Under the pieces are notes generated by a model. The model did no database searches. It worked only from the letters and a program-made list of their open reading frames with translations, and was not told the DNA's origin. Both the position numbers and the translations under genes were made by a program. From the NCBI RefSeq assembly GCF_009914755.1, contig NC_060926.1: 64,000 nucleotides of DNA; one strand, written 5' to 3'. The DNA is from the human T2T-CHM13v2.0 reference genome, Homo sapiens. This document shows positions 15,266 to 27,943 of the stretch, piece by piece. Numbering within the stretch: the stretch's first letter is position 1; every line of letters starts with the position of its first letter.

Positions 15266-17592
15266 GTAGACCATCCAGATTTAATCTCTTCACATATTCT
15301 TTTTCCTTTGGATACTTCAATCATATATGACAGTAGGTTTTCTTTTGAGAGTTGGTGAATACTTACATTCATATCATTGTGTTTTTGTGCCATAATGCAC
15401 AGAAAAATATTAAGCTTTCTTTTTCTTCCTATTCTATTTTACAGTATTGTTTACTTATTCATACATATATTAATAAGTATTGGGCTAGTATTTGAGTACT
15501 GACTATGTTTTTACCTCTTCCTCCTCAACACTTCCCCTCCACGGTTTGGCCAAACATGGCCAGGTCTCCTCGGCTCTTAGACTAGGGGAAGAAGCAGGAT
15601 AGATCCGGACTCACTTCTTCCTGGATCTGTGTCCTCTGGGGTGCTGTCTGCCAAGATACGTGGGGTGGGGGTAAGAGACAGAGGTGGAATGATGTAAGAC
15701 AAACCACTTTGGAACTATTTGGGAATGATCTTCCCTCAACCCCACAAAGGCTGGCTGAGAAATAGAGACAAATTCTCTGAGAGCCATGAATGTGCAGCAG
15801 GAACCAGCTCTAGGAATCCTGAATCCATTTCTCCTCACTCCTATTTTACAGTAAGGGAAACTGTGTCCCAAAGATGGAAAGTTGCTCACCTAAGAGTTTA
15901 TCAAGTACACTATTGACATAATTGGCTTTTCTTCTCACAGCTTTCAATCTGAGAGGCAATCCTCCTTGGACCTCACACCCTGGCTAGGAAACCATTCACA
16001 GTATTTATAGTTAGCATTTAAGTCTTTCCCATGGCTCCTACCTGAGGTCACTACCACACAGGCTGGCAAAAAATTCCACTACTTTTTGTTTTTCAGAGAA
16101 AGTTTTTATTTCTCTTTCATTTTTGAAAGATAATTCCACAGGGTACAGAATTCCAGATTGGTGGGCTTTTTTCTCTTAAGAGTTTAAATATTTCACTGCA
16201 CTCTCTTCTTATTTGCAGGGTTTCTGGGAAGTCAGATCTATTTCTTATCTTTCTTCCTCAATAGGTAAGGTATTTTATTTTGCCCTCTGACTTCTTTAGG
16301 ATTTTTTTCAATTTTACCTTTGAGTTTCTCTATTTTGAACATGATATGCCTAGTTATACGTTATTTGTTTGTTTGGTTTTGACATTCTTCCTACTTGGTG
16401 TTCTTTGCATATCCTGTATCTGTGGTTTGTTGTTTGACACTACATTGGAAAAATTTTGTCATCCTATCTTTAAATATTGCTTCTCTTCCTATCTCTCTTT
16501 CTTCTCCTTTGGTATTCTTATTATGCATATGTTGCACCTTTTTAAAATAACTTGTAAAGGGTTGGTACTATTTCTTCTTTAAATATATGTATGGTAGAAT
16601 TTAAGTGAAACTGTCTGGGCCTGTGCTTTTCTTTGCAGGTAGATTCTTGATTACAAAACCAATCTCTTCATTTTCTATAGGTATATTCAGATTGTCCATT
16701 TCTTCTGGAATCAGTTTGGTAGTTTATATGTTTTTAGGATTTACTTCATTTCATCTCAATTATCTAACTCTTTGGCATACAATTATTCATAATATTCTCT
16801 TATCATCCTATTTATGTAAAGCGAGTGGTAATTTCTCCTCTTTTATTTCAGATTCTCATAATTTGAGTCTTTTTTAATTGATGAATCTGGCTAAAGGTTT
16901 GTCAGCCTTTTGATATTTTCTAAAAACAAGCCTTTAGTTTCATTGACTTTTTCTATTGTTTGTCTATTCTGTATTTCATTAATTTCTGCTCTAATTTTTA
17001 TTATTTCCCTTCTTCTACTTTAGGTTTGTTTTAATTTTCTTTCTTGGTTCTCTTCAGATGAAAGGATACATTATTGATTTGAGAGTTTTCGTTCTTCTTA
17101 ATGTAGGCATTTATAGCTATAAGTTTCCCTGTAAGCACTGCTTTAGTTGCATACCATAAGTTTTAGCATGATGTGTCTTCATTTTCACTTATCTCAGAGT
17201 ATATTGAGATTTATCTTTTTATGTCCTCTTTGATCCTTTGGTTATTTAGGACTATGTTTAATTTCCACATATTTGTGGGTTTTCCAGATTTATCCTGCTA
17301 TTGATTTTTAATTTTATTTGATTATAGTCAGAGAACATACTCTGTATAATTTTATTCCTTTCAAATTTATCAATATTTGTTTATGATCTATCTTGAAAAC
17401 GTCCCAGGTACATTGGAGAAAAGAATGTGTATTCTGCCATTTTCAGTGGGGCACACTATAAAAATATTAATATTTAGGCCTAGTTGGGTTATGTGGTTGT
17501 TCAACTCTTCTATTTCCTTATTGCTTCCTTATTGATCATCTGCTTAATAGTTTTCTTCCTTAATAAAATGTGTGATAAAATTCTCCAACTAT

Positions 17593-18235
17593 GAAATAGG
17601 AACACTTTTACACTGTTGGTGGGACTGTAAACTAGATCAACCATTGTGGAAGACAGTGTGGCAAATCCTGAAGGATCTAGAACTAGAAATACCATTTAAC
17701 CCAGCCATCCCATTACTGGGTATATACCCAAAGGATTATAAATCATGCTGCTATAAAGACACATGCACACGTATGTTTATTGCGGCACTATTCACAATAG
17801 CAAAGACTTGGAACCAACCCAAATGTCCATCAATGATAGACTGGATTAAGAAAATGTGGCACATACACACCATGGAATACTATGCAGCCATAAAAAAAGG
17901 ATGAGTTCATGTCCTTTGTAGGGACATGGATGAAGCTGGAAACCATCATTCTCAGCAAACTATCGCAAGGACAGAAAACCAAACACTGCATGTTCTGACT
18001 CACAGGTGGGAATTGAACAATGAGAACACTTGGACACAGGGTGGGGAACATCACACACTGGGGCCTGTCATGGGGTGGGGGTTGGGGGAGGGATAGCATT
18101 AGGAGAAATACTTAATGTAAATGACAAGTTAATGGGTACAGCAAACCAACATGTATACCTATGTAACAAACCTGCACATTGTGCACATGTACCCTAGAAC
18201 CTAAAGTATAATTTAAAAAAAAAAGAAAAAAAAAA
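17593..18235 (+). mobile_element. 5'-truncated L1PA5-like 3' end (ORF2 C-terminus + 3' UTR)
   Basis: ORF track 17572-17904 gives [10 protein letters not shown]...WNQPKCPSM; L1PA 3' UTR and A tail at 18215-18235; TSD aattctccaactat at 17579-17592 and 18350-18363. Confidence 0.95.
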
Positions 18236-18725
18236 TTTAAAAGCCCTAAGCCGAGTATTTTATCTAAAAAATCTATCTAAAAGAATAATCAGAGGTGCAA
18301 AGATTATTCATGAGACAATACTTATAATAAAGAAAATTCAAAATAAAACAATTCTCCAACTATTGTTGAATAGTCTATTTTTCTCTTGATTTACATGAGT
18401 TTTTTGTTTCATACAGTTTGATGTTCTGTTTAGAGCACATGTTTATAATTATTATATCTTCTTGATCAATTGACTCTTTTACTATTACAAAATTTTCCTG
18501 TATATCTCCAGTAACTTTTTTTGTTTTAAAATCTATTTTGTCTCATATTAGTATAATTATTCCTGCTTTTTTGTGGTTGCTTTTTGCACAATATAAATTT
18601 TTCAGTCATTTACTTTCAATATATTTAAATTGCACATATAATTGAATCATAATTTTTAAATTCAGTTTGACAATCTGCATTTTAATTGGATTATTTAACC
18701 ATTAACATGTAATATTATTGATATA

Positions 18726-19247
18726 GAGTTGATAATCATTATTCACATATGACATATTTGTAGATTCACCTAATCACCAAAATCTATTTGTCACCCCAGA
18801 GTCAATACTTCCATTGATTTTTGTGGTCACTGTATAAAACAGTGAAAAATTTGAGTCACTTGATATGTACAATTCCAGTTATGGTCAAAAAAGGTAAAAT
18901 TCTTTCTTCTTGTTTTGGCTTTCATACTGCAAAGAAGAAACCTTTTTATGGCTTATTTCATGTCAATGTTTTTTTGAAGTTTTGTGTTTCTACTTGTCAT
19001 TTCTCTGTTTATAATGGTCCCCAAACATACTGCCAAAGAGCTATCTAGTGTTTCCAAGCACATGAGGCTATATGCTTATATGAGAAAATATATATATTAA
19101 ATAAGCTTGATTTAGGTATAGTTATAGTGCTGTTGACCATGAGTTAAATTTCAATGAATCAACAATGTATATTCAATAAGATGCCTTTAAACAGTATCAC
19201 ACAGAAAACATGCTTACGTATTAACTAGTTGATGACAATGCTGTGAG
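18726..19247 (+). mobile_element. MER82-like (TcMar-Tigger) DNA transposon fossil
   Basis: cattattc...tatttgtcaccccagagtcaatact...gaaaaatttgagtc...agttatagtgctgttg...aatgaatcaacaat follows the recalled MER82 consensus. Confidence 0.75.
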
Positions 19248-19274
19248 ATATTATATGAAATATACTCATATATA

Positions 19275-19705
19275 TAGAATTTGCTACATACAGTTGACTC
19301 ACATGAATATAGAAAATGAGAGGTCCAAGGTTTGCAGTTGGCAAGGAGACCCAGGAGTGCTGATGGTAAGTTCTAGCCCAAGTTTGAAGGCCTGAGAACC
19401 AGAAAAGCTGATGGTGTAATTTTCAGTGCAAGTCTCATATGTAGGCATGAAAGAAACAAATGTTTTCGCTCAAAAATAGGCAGAAAGAAATAATTCTTTC
19501 TTGCATATCATTTATTCAAATCTGCAACAAATTGCATGAGGCCCACCCACACTGGAGAGGGCAATCTGCTTTACTCAGTGTACATATACAAATGTTAATC
19601 TCATCCAGAAAAATCCCTCACAGACAAACCCAGATACAATGTTTAACTGTTTAAAGCCCAGGCACCTTGTGGCCTAGTCAAGTTGACGCATAAAATTAAA
19701 CACCA
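19275..19705 (-). mobile_element. MLT2 (ERVL) LTR
   Basis: gaaggcctgagaacc...atgaggcccacccacactggagagggcaatctgctttactcag...agtcaagttgacgcataaaattaa. Confidence 0.85.
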
Positions 19706-19813
19706 GAGGTATTTATTTTGCTTTCATTTTTGAAAGATAGTTTTCCCAGATATTGAATTCTTGGCTGACAGGAGTTTTTTTCTTTGAATACTTTAAATGT
19801 TATCTCACTGTGT

Positions 19814-20240
19814 GTTGTTGTTTTTTTTAATTAATTAATTAATTTATTTATTTTATTTTTTTTATTTTTTATTTTTTTATTATACTTTAAGTTTTAGGGT
19901 ACATGTGCACATTGTGCAGGTTAGTTACATATGTATACATGTGCCATGCTGGTGCGCTGCACCCACTAACTCGTCATCTAGCCTTAGGTATATCTCCCAA
20001 TGCTATCCATCCCCCCTCCCCCCACCCCACCACAGTCCCCAGAGTGTGATATTCCCCTTCATGTGTCCATGTGATCTCATTGTTCAATTCCCACCTATGA
20101 GTGAGAATATGCGGTGTTTGGTTTTTTGTTCTTGCGATAGTTTACTGAGAATGATGATTTCCAATTTCATCCATGTCCCTACAAAGGACATGAACTCATC
20201 ATTTTTTATGGCTGCATAGTATTCCATAGTGTATATGTGC
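19814..20240 (-). mobile_element. 5'-truncated L1PA2-like 3' end
   Basis: Young diagnostics (cattgtgcaggttagttac, ggtgcgctgcacccactaactcgtcatctagc = GAG type, gatttccaatttc); TSD ctcactg(t/c)gt at 19804-19813 and 20240-20249. Confidence 0.92.
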
Positions 20241-21471
20241 TCACTGCGTTTTGTCCTCCATTATTTCTACTGAGAAGTAGGCTATTAATCCTATTAAGAT
20301 TGCTTTTCCAGTAATGAGTCACTTTTCTCTTGCTGTGTTAGAGATTTTCTGCTTGTCTTTCACTTTCAGCATCTTTACTGAGATGTGTCTTTTTATGGAT
20401 CTTTATATATTTATCCTACTTGATGTTTGTTTAGCTTCCTGGATGTGTAGGTTATTGTTTTTTAATACATTTGGAAAGTTTTTTTTTTTTGGTTTTTTGA
20501 ATATTTTTCTGCTCCTTTCTCCCATTTCTTTCCTTCTCACATATCCATTAAAGTATGTTGGGATATCTTAATGGGTTTCCCATATTTCTCTAAGGCTTTC
20601 TTCATGTTTTGTTATTCTTTTTTCTCTCTGTTTTTTTGACTTTAATAATCTTTATAAACCTAACTTTAAGTCCACTTTGTCTTTCTTTAGCCAGTCCAAA
20701 TTTATTGTTGTACTTTTGAACCTCTAATGATTTTTAAATTTCAATTATACTCTTATATCCCAAATATTTACATTTTTAATTAATGTTTATGAATATTCTG
20801 TAGATCTTGATGCATTATTGTCCTCATACTTTACTTCTTTAATCATGTTTTTCTTTACCTCTGTGAACATGGTAGGTAGTATGGCCACTTTAAAGTTGTT
20901 GTTACTGTTTTTCTCATAAATTTCTCTTTCCCTGTTCTCTTGGTTATATATTCTGGTTTCTTTTTATTCTTTTTTTGCATATCTTAGATTTTTTTTTGAA
21001 AAGCATACATTTTAGATAATATGTTGTAGGAGCTCTGGGTACTAGTCGACCTCCTCCTTCACTTGTCAATATTGTTTGCTTGTTTACTTGTTTAGTGGCT
21101 GATTAGATTACTTTGGTGAAGCTCTCTGCCTTTCTTCTCCCCCTAGTGTTCAGGCTCTGATGTTCTTCAGGAAGTACAGATTTGGTATGCTCAGTTACCC
21201 AGGGATGACATTGGCACTAATTGGATTCTTCTCTTTCCCTGACCACAACAAATTGTTAAACTCCATTAATTGCCTGCCGATTATTATATTTTTTCAACAA
21301 TACCATGAGGCATAAATTGCTCTATAAACTAATCTAACCAGATTTTGGTTCCTTTGAAGTGATAGTTTCTGAGATCACTGTTTGATTTTTGTTGTTACCC
21401 CAACAGAACTCCTGCCACATGACACATTCCTTGGTTTTCTCCTGTAATCTAGCTGGCTACAGGTTAGTCTA

Positions 21472-21902
21472 TGTATCATTCAGAGGTCTCTAGAGAAATA
21501 GAACCAGTCATAAGTGTATAAAGAAAGAGATTTATTTTAAGACATTTTATATCAAGAAATCAGCTCATGAAATTGTGAAGCATGGCAAGTGCAAAATCTG
21601 CAGGGTCAGCCAGTAGGCTGGGAACTTAGAAAACAGTAGATGCTGTGGTTGGAATCTGAAGGCAGTCTGCTAACAGAATTCCCCCCTTCTCAGAAGAGGT
21701 TAATCAGTCATTTTCTTAAGGCCTTCAACTGATTGAATGAGGTCCACCCACAATATAGAGGGGAATCTGTTTTTCTCAAAATGTACTGAATTAAATGTTA
21801 ACCTCATCTAAAATATACTTCTACAGCAATATCCAAACATGTTTGACCAAATGCTTGGGTACTATGTCCTAGCCACATTGCCACATAAAGTTAACCATAA
21901 CA
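21472..21902 (-). mobile_element. MLT2 (D-like) solo LTR, complete
   Basis: TG...CA ends; ctctagagaaatagaacc, ggcaagtgcaaaatctgcagg, aggccttcaactgattg, acataaagttaaccataaca. Confidence 0.85.
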
Positions 21903-23989
21903 GCTGGTATTCTGAATCATATTCCAATTGCCTTTCACCACAATCTCTACCATTTTTAAGATTGTTTTCAAGCTTTGGGGGTTGAACCTCTTCATTCTCT
22001 TCCAAGTGAAGTCAGTTCTTTTGAAAAAAGAATTGAAGCTATCTATATTACGTCCTATTTCTCTCCCAGCAAAGTCTCTGAACCAGGGATCTGAGGCTGG
22101 GAGTGAGGATGTGCCAAGCTTCTCTGTGGGTGATACTCGTGTTTTAGAAGCTCAGTGCTTCATGGGGGGCAGCTGTCTGGGATCCTGTTGTCTCTCCTCT
22201 CTTGGCATGAAACCACCAACTCATGATCCAGAAAAGAGTGGTCATGGCCCCAGTGGTCTCAGGTGCTGCACCCAAGTTACAGCCTCTGTTCCATGAGAAA
22301 AGGCTAAGCAGAAAAAGGGAGCCCCCGCCCTCAACCTGGGACTTATCTTCAGCAACCAGTAACTAGGGGCAGGATGAAAATGCTGATAGCATGCTCCCCC
22401 CAAGAAGCGAGCCCTCCTTGTGGGTGCTGGGGTGAGCAGGAACCTGTGTCCTTGGCTGCAGCAGTCTAGAGTGGAGGATTTGCCTTGCTGGGTTGGGGGG
22501 AAGGAGTCCCGCTTAAAATATCACAGATTTCTCACCTTTCTTGCTGAATTCTTATCCATATTTTTGAATAAATGTTTCTTCACTTGCATTTTGGCCTTAG
22601 GATCATTTTCCAGAGGATTTAAACAGTTTTTTAAAAATAGTTTTTACTAGTTTCACTGCAGAGCAGGTCAGGAAGGTCTTCACACTCTCATACTGGAAGT
22701 TGATCTCCCTTTTTCTTTTTAAAGTATTAATTATTTATAGAAATTTGATAATATAGCAGTATTAATGGCTAATATTTATTGAGTGCCTACTACAGTACAT
22801 TTGCTAGTCCAGTTAATCTATATTATTTGTTATTATCAAAGTAACCTTACCAAATATTATACATTTATACATACATATATGCATATATATCTGAATGTGT
22901 ATATAAATGTATGCATATGCATGTGTGTATATATTTATATGTATAATGATGTAATGGTATAGGAATACATATTTTTAAAGAAAAAAACACAATTAAAATA
23001 GGGATGGACCTACAAGAAGAAACATTTCTTCTTTTTTCCAATTTTGCCAGAAAAATGTACTGTCTAATAGTTACTGTGTTCAGTTACTTGAAAGATGGCC
23101 TTTTTCTTACATTATTAATCTTCATGAAATCCTTCTGGAAGTGACAATTGCAACCAAGCATTTAAAAATCCTGAAAATGCCAGCCAAAGTTGTGCGTGGT
23201 GTCCCATCTCTGCCATTAGGACTGTTTTGCCAGCTGCTTGTTGCAGAAACTTAGAAGTTTCTTAACTTCTAAGTGAGCAGCTAAGTTTTAAGATGAGAGA
23301 ACAGTTGGGAATAATTCAAATGCAGCTTAATTTTTCTTTGGGGGTTGACCAATGCTGTTCTCATCATAGATTCATAGGTGAACTCAATAAGCACAAAAAT
23401 ACAAGCTATTTTTTTTTAAACAAGTGCTTATCTTTATGCAGAGAAGTCTTGCAAATGTCAGCCTGGAGGAAACATTTATTCTGAATATGTGCTCAGAAGG
23501 AGGCACTCCTCTGGCTTAGTCACCTCATGTGCTTTCTGCCTGGGATCCACTGAATGCTACAGGACTTAAAGGCTAAGTGATGATTTGCAAGTATCAGTTG
23601 GCCCAGCGGAGGGAACTGGGACAGTGGAAGCTGAGAATAGCAGCTTAGTCAAGGTTGAAAGGTAACCTTGGATATAAGGAAAGAACAGACAGGAGCCATA
23701 ACTAGTTATAAGCTGAAATCTAACAGGAGGAACCATTGCTTCTAGAGTTGTACAGCTGAAGGTATAGTGGGAAAGAGACATAGTGGAAAGAAAAGGGAAG
23801 TCAGTTTATAATCGGAATTAGAACACTGGCTACAACTAAATAAAGAGATAAGCAGACATTGAATCCCTGAGAGCCTAACTTAGGCAACCCAGCAGTTTGC
23901 CAAAGCTTGGAGTTAACACTGGGATATTGGGGAGAACGTTCTAAAATAAAGAGGGATGGACTGTATATCAGCCTTGGTTTGCAGGTTCG

Positions 23990-24610
23990 TTAATTTATTT
24001 AGCAAATAATTTTTGAACACCTATTGGGTGTCAATACTCTTGTAAGCATGGGGAGACAGATAATGACCAAGACAGAAGGACCTTTTTTTTTTTTCATTCT
24101 ATAATTGAGGTGGGGGGAGGGAGAAGAGAACAATATAAACAAGGGAAAAAAGTATAGCGATGACATTAAGTACACATAAAAAGACAAACAGAATAAGAGA
24201 ATGCAGCACTGGGATGGGGTTATAATCAGGGGAATGGCATAATCAGATTTGCATTATTAAAAGTCTAATCTTACTGCTGTGTAGTCAGTTTATTTTAAAG
24301 GAGCCAACGGAGACAAATTAAGAGTTTATGGCAGAGATCAGGTGAGAAACAGTGCTGCTCTGAGCTGTAGAGTATAGGCACAGTGTGCAGATGTAGTGTG
24401 TAGTGTGTAAGTACAGTGTATGGTGTGTAAGTGTAGCTGTGGAAATGGAAAGCAGGGGTCATTTGGGGGATATTTGGAGATAGAAGCCACGGGGTTTGTT
24501 GTTTAACTAGATGGAAAGGTTAAAAAAAAGGAAGAGATCAATGAGAATGCCCATGTTTTTAAATTCGTAAGTGGGGAACATTGTGGTGTCATTAACTGAG
24601 ATGGAAATGA
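23990..24610 (-). mobile_element. L2 fragments
   Basis: atttatttagcaaata...gaacacctattgggtgtca...gaccaagacaga, and gtggtgtcattaactgagatgg. Confidence 0.55.
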
Positions 24611-25855
24611 CCGGTTCAATTTATTTCTAGGTCACTGGTATCTGCTTAAAATGGGTTCTGTCCCTCAACTGGGAATGTTACAGATGTAAGGGCAATTAAC
24701 TAATCATGACCATGTCTTTTTATTTTATCCTCTAGAAATTAGGAAGTGACATTGGTAGACTACCTCAGTGGTGAACATGCATGTGTCTTAGCCTGGGTCT
24801 CCAGGAAACAAAGCGTGAGTCAGAGTATTTACTGGAAGACAGAGATAACCAAGGCAATTTTATCTGGGCCAGACACACACAAGGATAAAAATCCATCTGC
24901 AGAGTGTGCAGGGGTAAGGCCAACCTTGAAGCTTCACGCTACTATCAATCTTGCCACATTAAGATGGTCTTTATAACCTTGTTACATTATACTCTCCATT
25001 TCCCTTCCCCTGACTAATATAATTGCAAATGAAGCTAAATTTTCATAGAAATGCTTTGGATTCCTTTTTGGTCAAATAAGGCAAGTCTCAGCAGCTTAAG
25101 TTAGTTTAACTTCGCTTTGCAAGTTAGATGAGCACTTAATGAAAAAAGCGTGGAGATTTCTTTCCAATTACTGGAACACCCTTAATGATCTAGAGATTAG
25201 CTATAGATCTGAATTATAATCAAGGGAGGAAAAAATGAGATTGCATTGGAATTTTTTCAAAATTAACCTGAGATTACTTTTTAAAAAATGCGAGCTCAGG
25301 GTAAATCACATAGGGTAGAAAAATAAGCTTCAATTATCAGCTAAGAGAAGACTAGGCAATTTGGGTAAATGACCTGAGGAGCAAATAGAGTGAATTCTAT
25401 ACTAAATATGAGTCAGCAATTCAGGAATGTCAAGTCGAAGCATGGCGTCTGGAGAAAGAACTAAAACAGAATAAGCTGTAGGAACCTGAGAAGTTAATAA
25501 GACTAGAGTATTCAACTTAAAGCCTTGGAATTTAAAATACAGCACCTCCCAAGAGAAAGGAAGGGGGCCTTATGTAATGAATGCTGAAGTCAGAGGATTT
25601 GGTTCTGAGCCAGCTTTGTTACTAATAAGCTATGAAACTTCGGCAATTCACTTAATTTCTTTAAGCCCTAGGTTGCTCATCTATAAGATTTTAATATTGA
25701 ACCTATGTTCATTGCTCTAAGGAAAAGTTATTTGAAATAAGTTAAAAAGGACTATAAAATATAATACACTCTTAATAGCTCTGTTAGAGGAGATATTACT
25801 AAGAAGAAAAATAAAAATATTTAGGACATTAGCAAATGCAATAAAACCAGAAAAG

Positions 25856-26032
25856 AAGAACTGGCTACCTAATTTTGTGGAACCCAGTGAAAAATGAAAA
25901 CGTGGGCCCCTTGTTCAAAAAATATTAAGAATTTTAAGATGGCAACAGTAGAGTGAAAAATCAAGCATAGTGACTATCCGGGCATGAGCCCAGTGAGACC
26001 ACACAGGGTGGGTATCCATGAAGCTGGTTCTG
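25856..26032 (-). mobile_element. MER45A (hAT-Tip100)
   Basis: ctggctac...aaaatgaaaacgtgggccccttgttcaaaa...ttaagaattttaagatggcaacag...ccatgaagctggttctg. Confidence 0.85.
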
Positions 26033-26244
26033 CAGAGAGAGAAGGAATATATGCCGTTCTGCATGTCCCACTGGGGTAGAACTTGTACATTATTGCTCCA
26101 ACAGTTGTGTTACAGCATAAATTGTAATTTCTCCCTTGGTAGGCTACTGTAACTCTCAATTACCTAGCATCTTTCAGATTCAGGTTTTGAAAGGCATGGC
26201 AAGAGCCAATAAAGTGCTGGGAGTTCTGACTCCAATAACTAGAG

Positions 26245-26560
26245 AAAAAAAAAGTCTTAGAGTATATGTGGCAACTGTCTTAAATATTTGAAAGGTTGCC
26301 ATAAAGAAGAAAAGACCGGATATTCTTTTTATTCTGGAGGGCATAACTATGAGCAAAGATACCAAATAATATTTTACAATGATCAACATATGAAAGCAAT
26401 TTCTAGCAAAGACAAATGTCCAATAATTTGACATAAGCAGGTCTCAGTTACCAGAAGTTTTTAAGCAGAGGTAAAAGACCACTTTCCAGGGATGTTGTAG
26501 AAGGAATTGTTGCAAGTAAGGGGGGTTAGAATACTTGACTTGTAACTTTAGTATTCTTTA
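26245..26560 (+). mobile_element. L3/CR1 3' fragment
   Basis: ctgtcttaaatatttgaaaggttgccat...aagcagagg...gaccactttccagggatgttgtaga. Confidence 0.6.
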
Positions 26561-26920
26561 TTTCTATCCTAGCTTGGGAAGTAGCCACAATAGAGCTTAA
26601 GAATAAGAAAGAATATGAAGACTTGCGGAGGTGAAGAACCAAAGGAGGGGTTAAAGTTGGGGTAGATGTTGATGGCAGAAAATATCTAAATTTTGGATGA
26701 CAATGTGAACTTACTCAAAATAGTTTTATTTCTCCATCTGAATTAGAAATTGAGACTCAAAGAAAACTAGAATTAAAAGGAACACCAAAATTCATCTAAT
26801 TCATATAGCTAAAAAGGAATCATGATAGAAGTTAAAATAGTGGTTAGAAACTATTATATCTCTGGAAAAGGCACAGACTGGGAAGGCATGGAGAACTCCC
26901 GGGGTGTTGGAAATATTTCA

Positions 26921-27231
26921 CACAATGCTTCTCGACTTAAGATGGGCCTAAGTCCTGATAAACTCATAGTAAGTTGAAAATGCATGTAATATGCCTAACC
27001 TCTCAAACACCATAGGTTAGTCTAGTCTGCTTTCAGTAAGCTCAGAACATTTAAATTAGCCTACGATTGGACAAAAATTAGCTAACACAAAGCCTGTTTT
27101 ATAATCAAGTGTTGAAAAGTTCATGCAATTTATTGAATAATTCATCACATATTGCAATAAGTGTTCCACATTCAAACCATCATTAAGTCAAAAAATCGTT
27201 AAGTCAAACCATCCTAAGTCGGGGACTATCT
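26921..27231 (+). mobile_element. MER47-like Tigger MITE nested in an L1ME 3' end (26820-27350)
   Basis: atgcttctcgacttaagatggg...ttagcctac...taacacaaagcct...taagtcggggactatct; the termini are inverted. Confidence 0.75.
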
Positions 27232-27943
27232 AACGTGTCTTGACCTGAATGATGTTCACACAAGCATATACATAAGTAAAAAATCAAGATATACACCTAA
27301 CATTAGTATACTTTATGCACTTATATGTTATGCCTCAATTTTTAAAAAAAGTAAAATATCGTCAGAATCTCTGTCTGGGATGAGGTCTAAAGTCCTCATG
27401 TTTCACAAGTTCTCTAGCTGATTCTTATACAAACTCAAATTTGTGAACCACATCAATTTACAAACAAATAGAAGAAATCCCAGAGAAGTAAATCAATTTT
27501 CCAAAGTCTATTCTGCTAGATAATGAAGCTTTCAAAGCCAGGACTTCTAGGAATTAAAATAAATAATCCTTATAATAAACCATGAGAGTAGTCATTGTCA
27601 CTGCCAAGCGTACAGACTGATCCAAGATGACACTGCAGGTTAAGGGCAGATTGAGACCAAACAGACCCTTTGGCCTTTAAAAAGGGAGTTCACCTAAAAC
27701 TCAAAAGGCCTAAAAAAGCTGGATTAAGACTATTCAACTTTATTTTCTAGGTAATTTAAAGTCATTGAAAGTTTTTGAAGGGAGCAAGTTACAATTACAG
27801 CCAGGCCTTAAGAATAAAAGTGATAAATAAGTAGATTAGATCAGATGTATAAGAATTCAGAGTGACTAGAAGACCAGTCCTAAATTAGTATAGGAGTGGT
27901 ATAAATGAAGATAAATGTGCAGCTATAAAAGTTTAGAGGTAGA

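Larger units (their letters stand above)
16085..22710 (-). mobile_element. Ancient L1M fragments (ORF2-EN, ORF1 and 5' regions) hosting several nested insertions
   Basis: T-rich antisense L1M sequence (tctggctaaaggtttgtca, gtaggcatttatagctataagtttccct, gaagtaggctattaatc); boundaries approximate; more than one element is likely. Confidence 0.75.

Noticed and set aside
24380-24440. Degenerate (GTGTA)n run resembling a spaced repeat array
   Set aside because: Simple low-complexity expansion inside an L2; no repeat-spacer structure.
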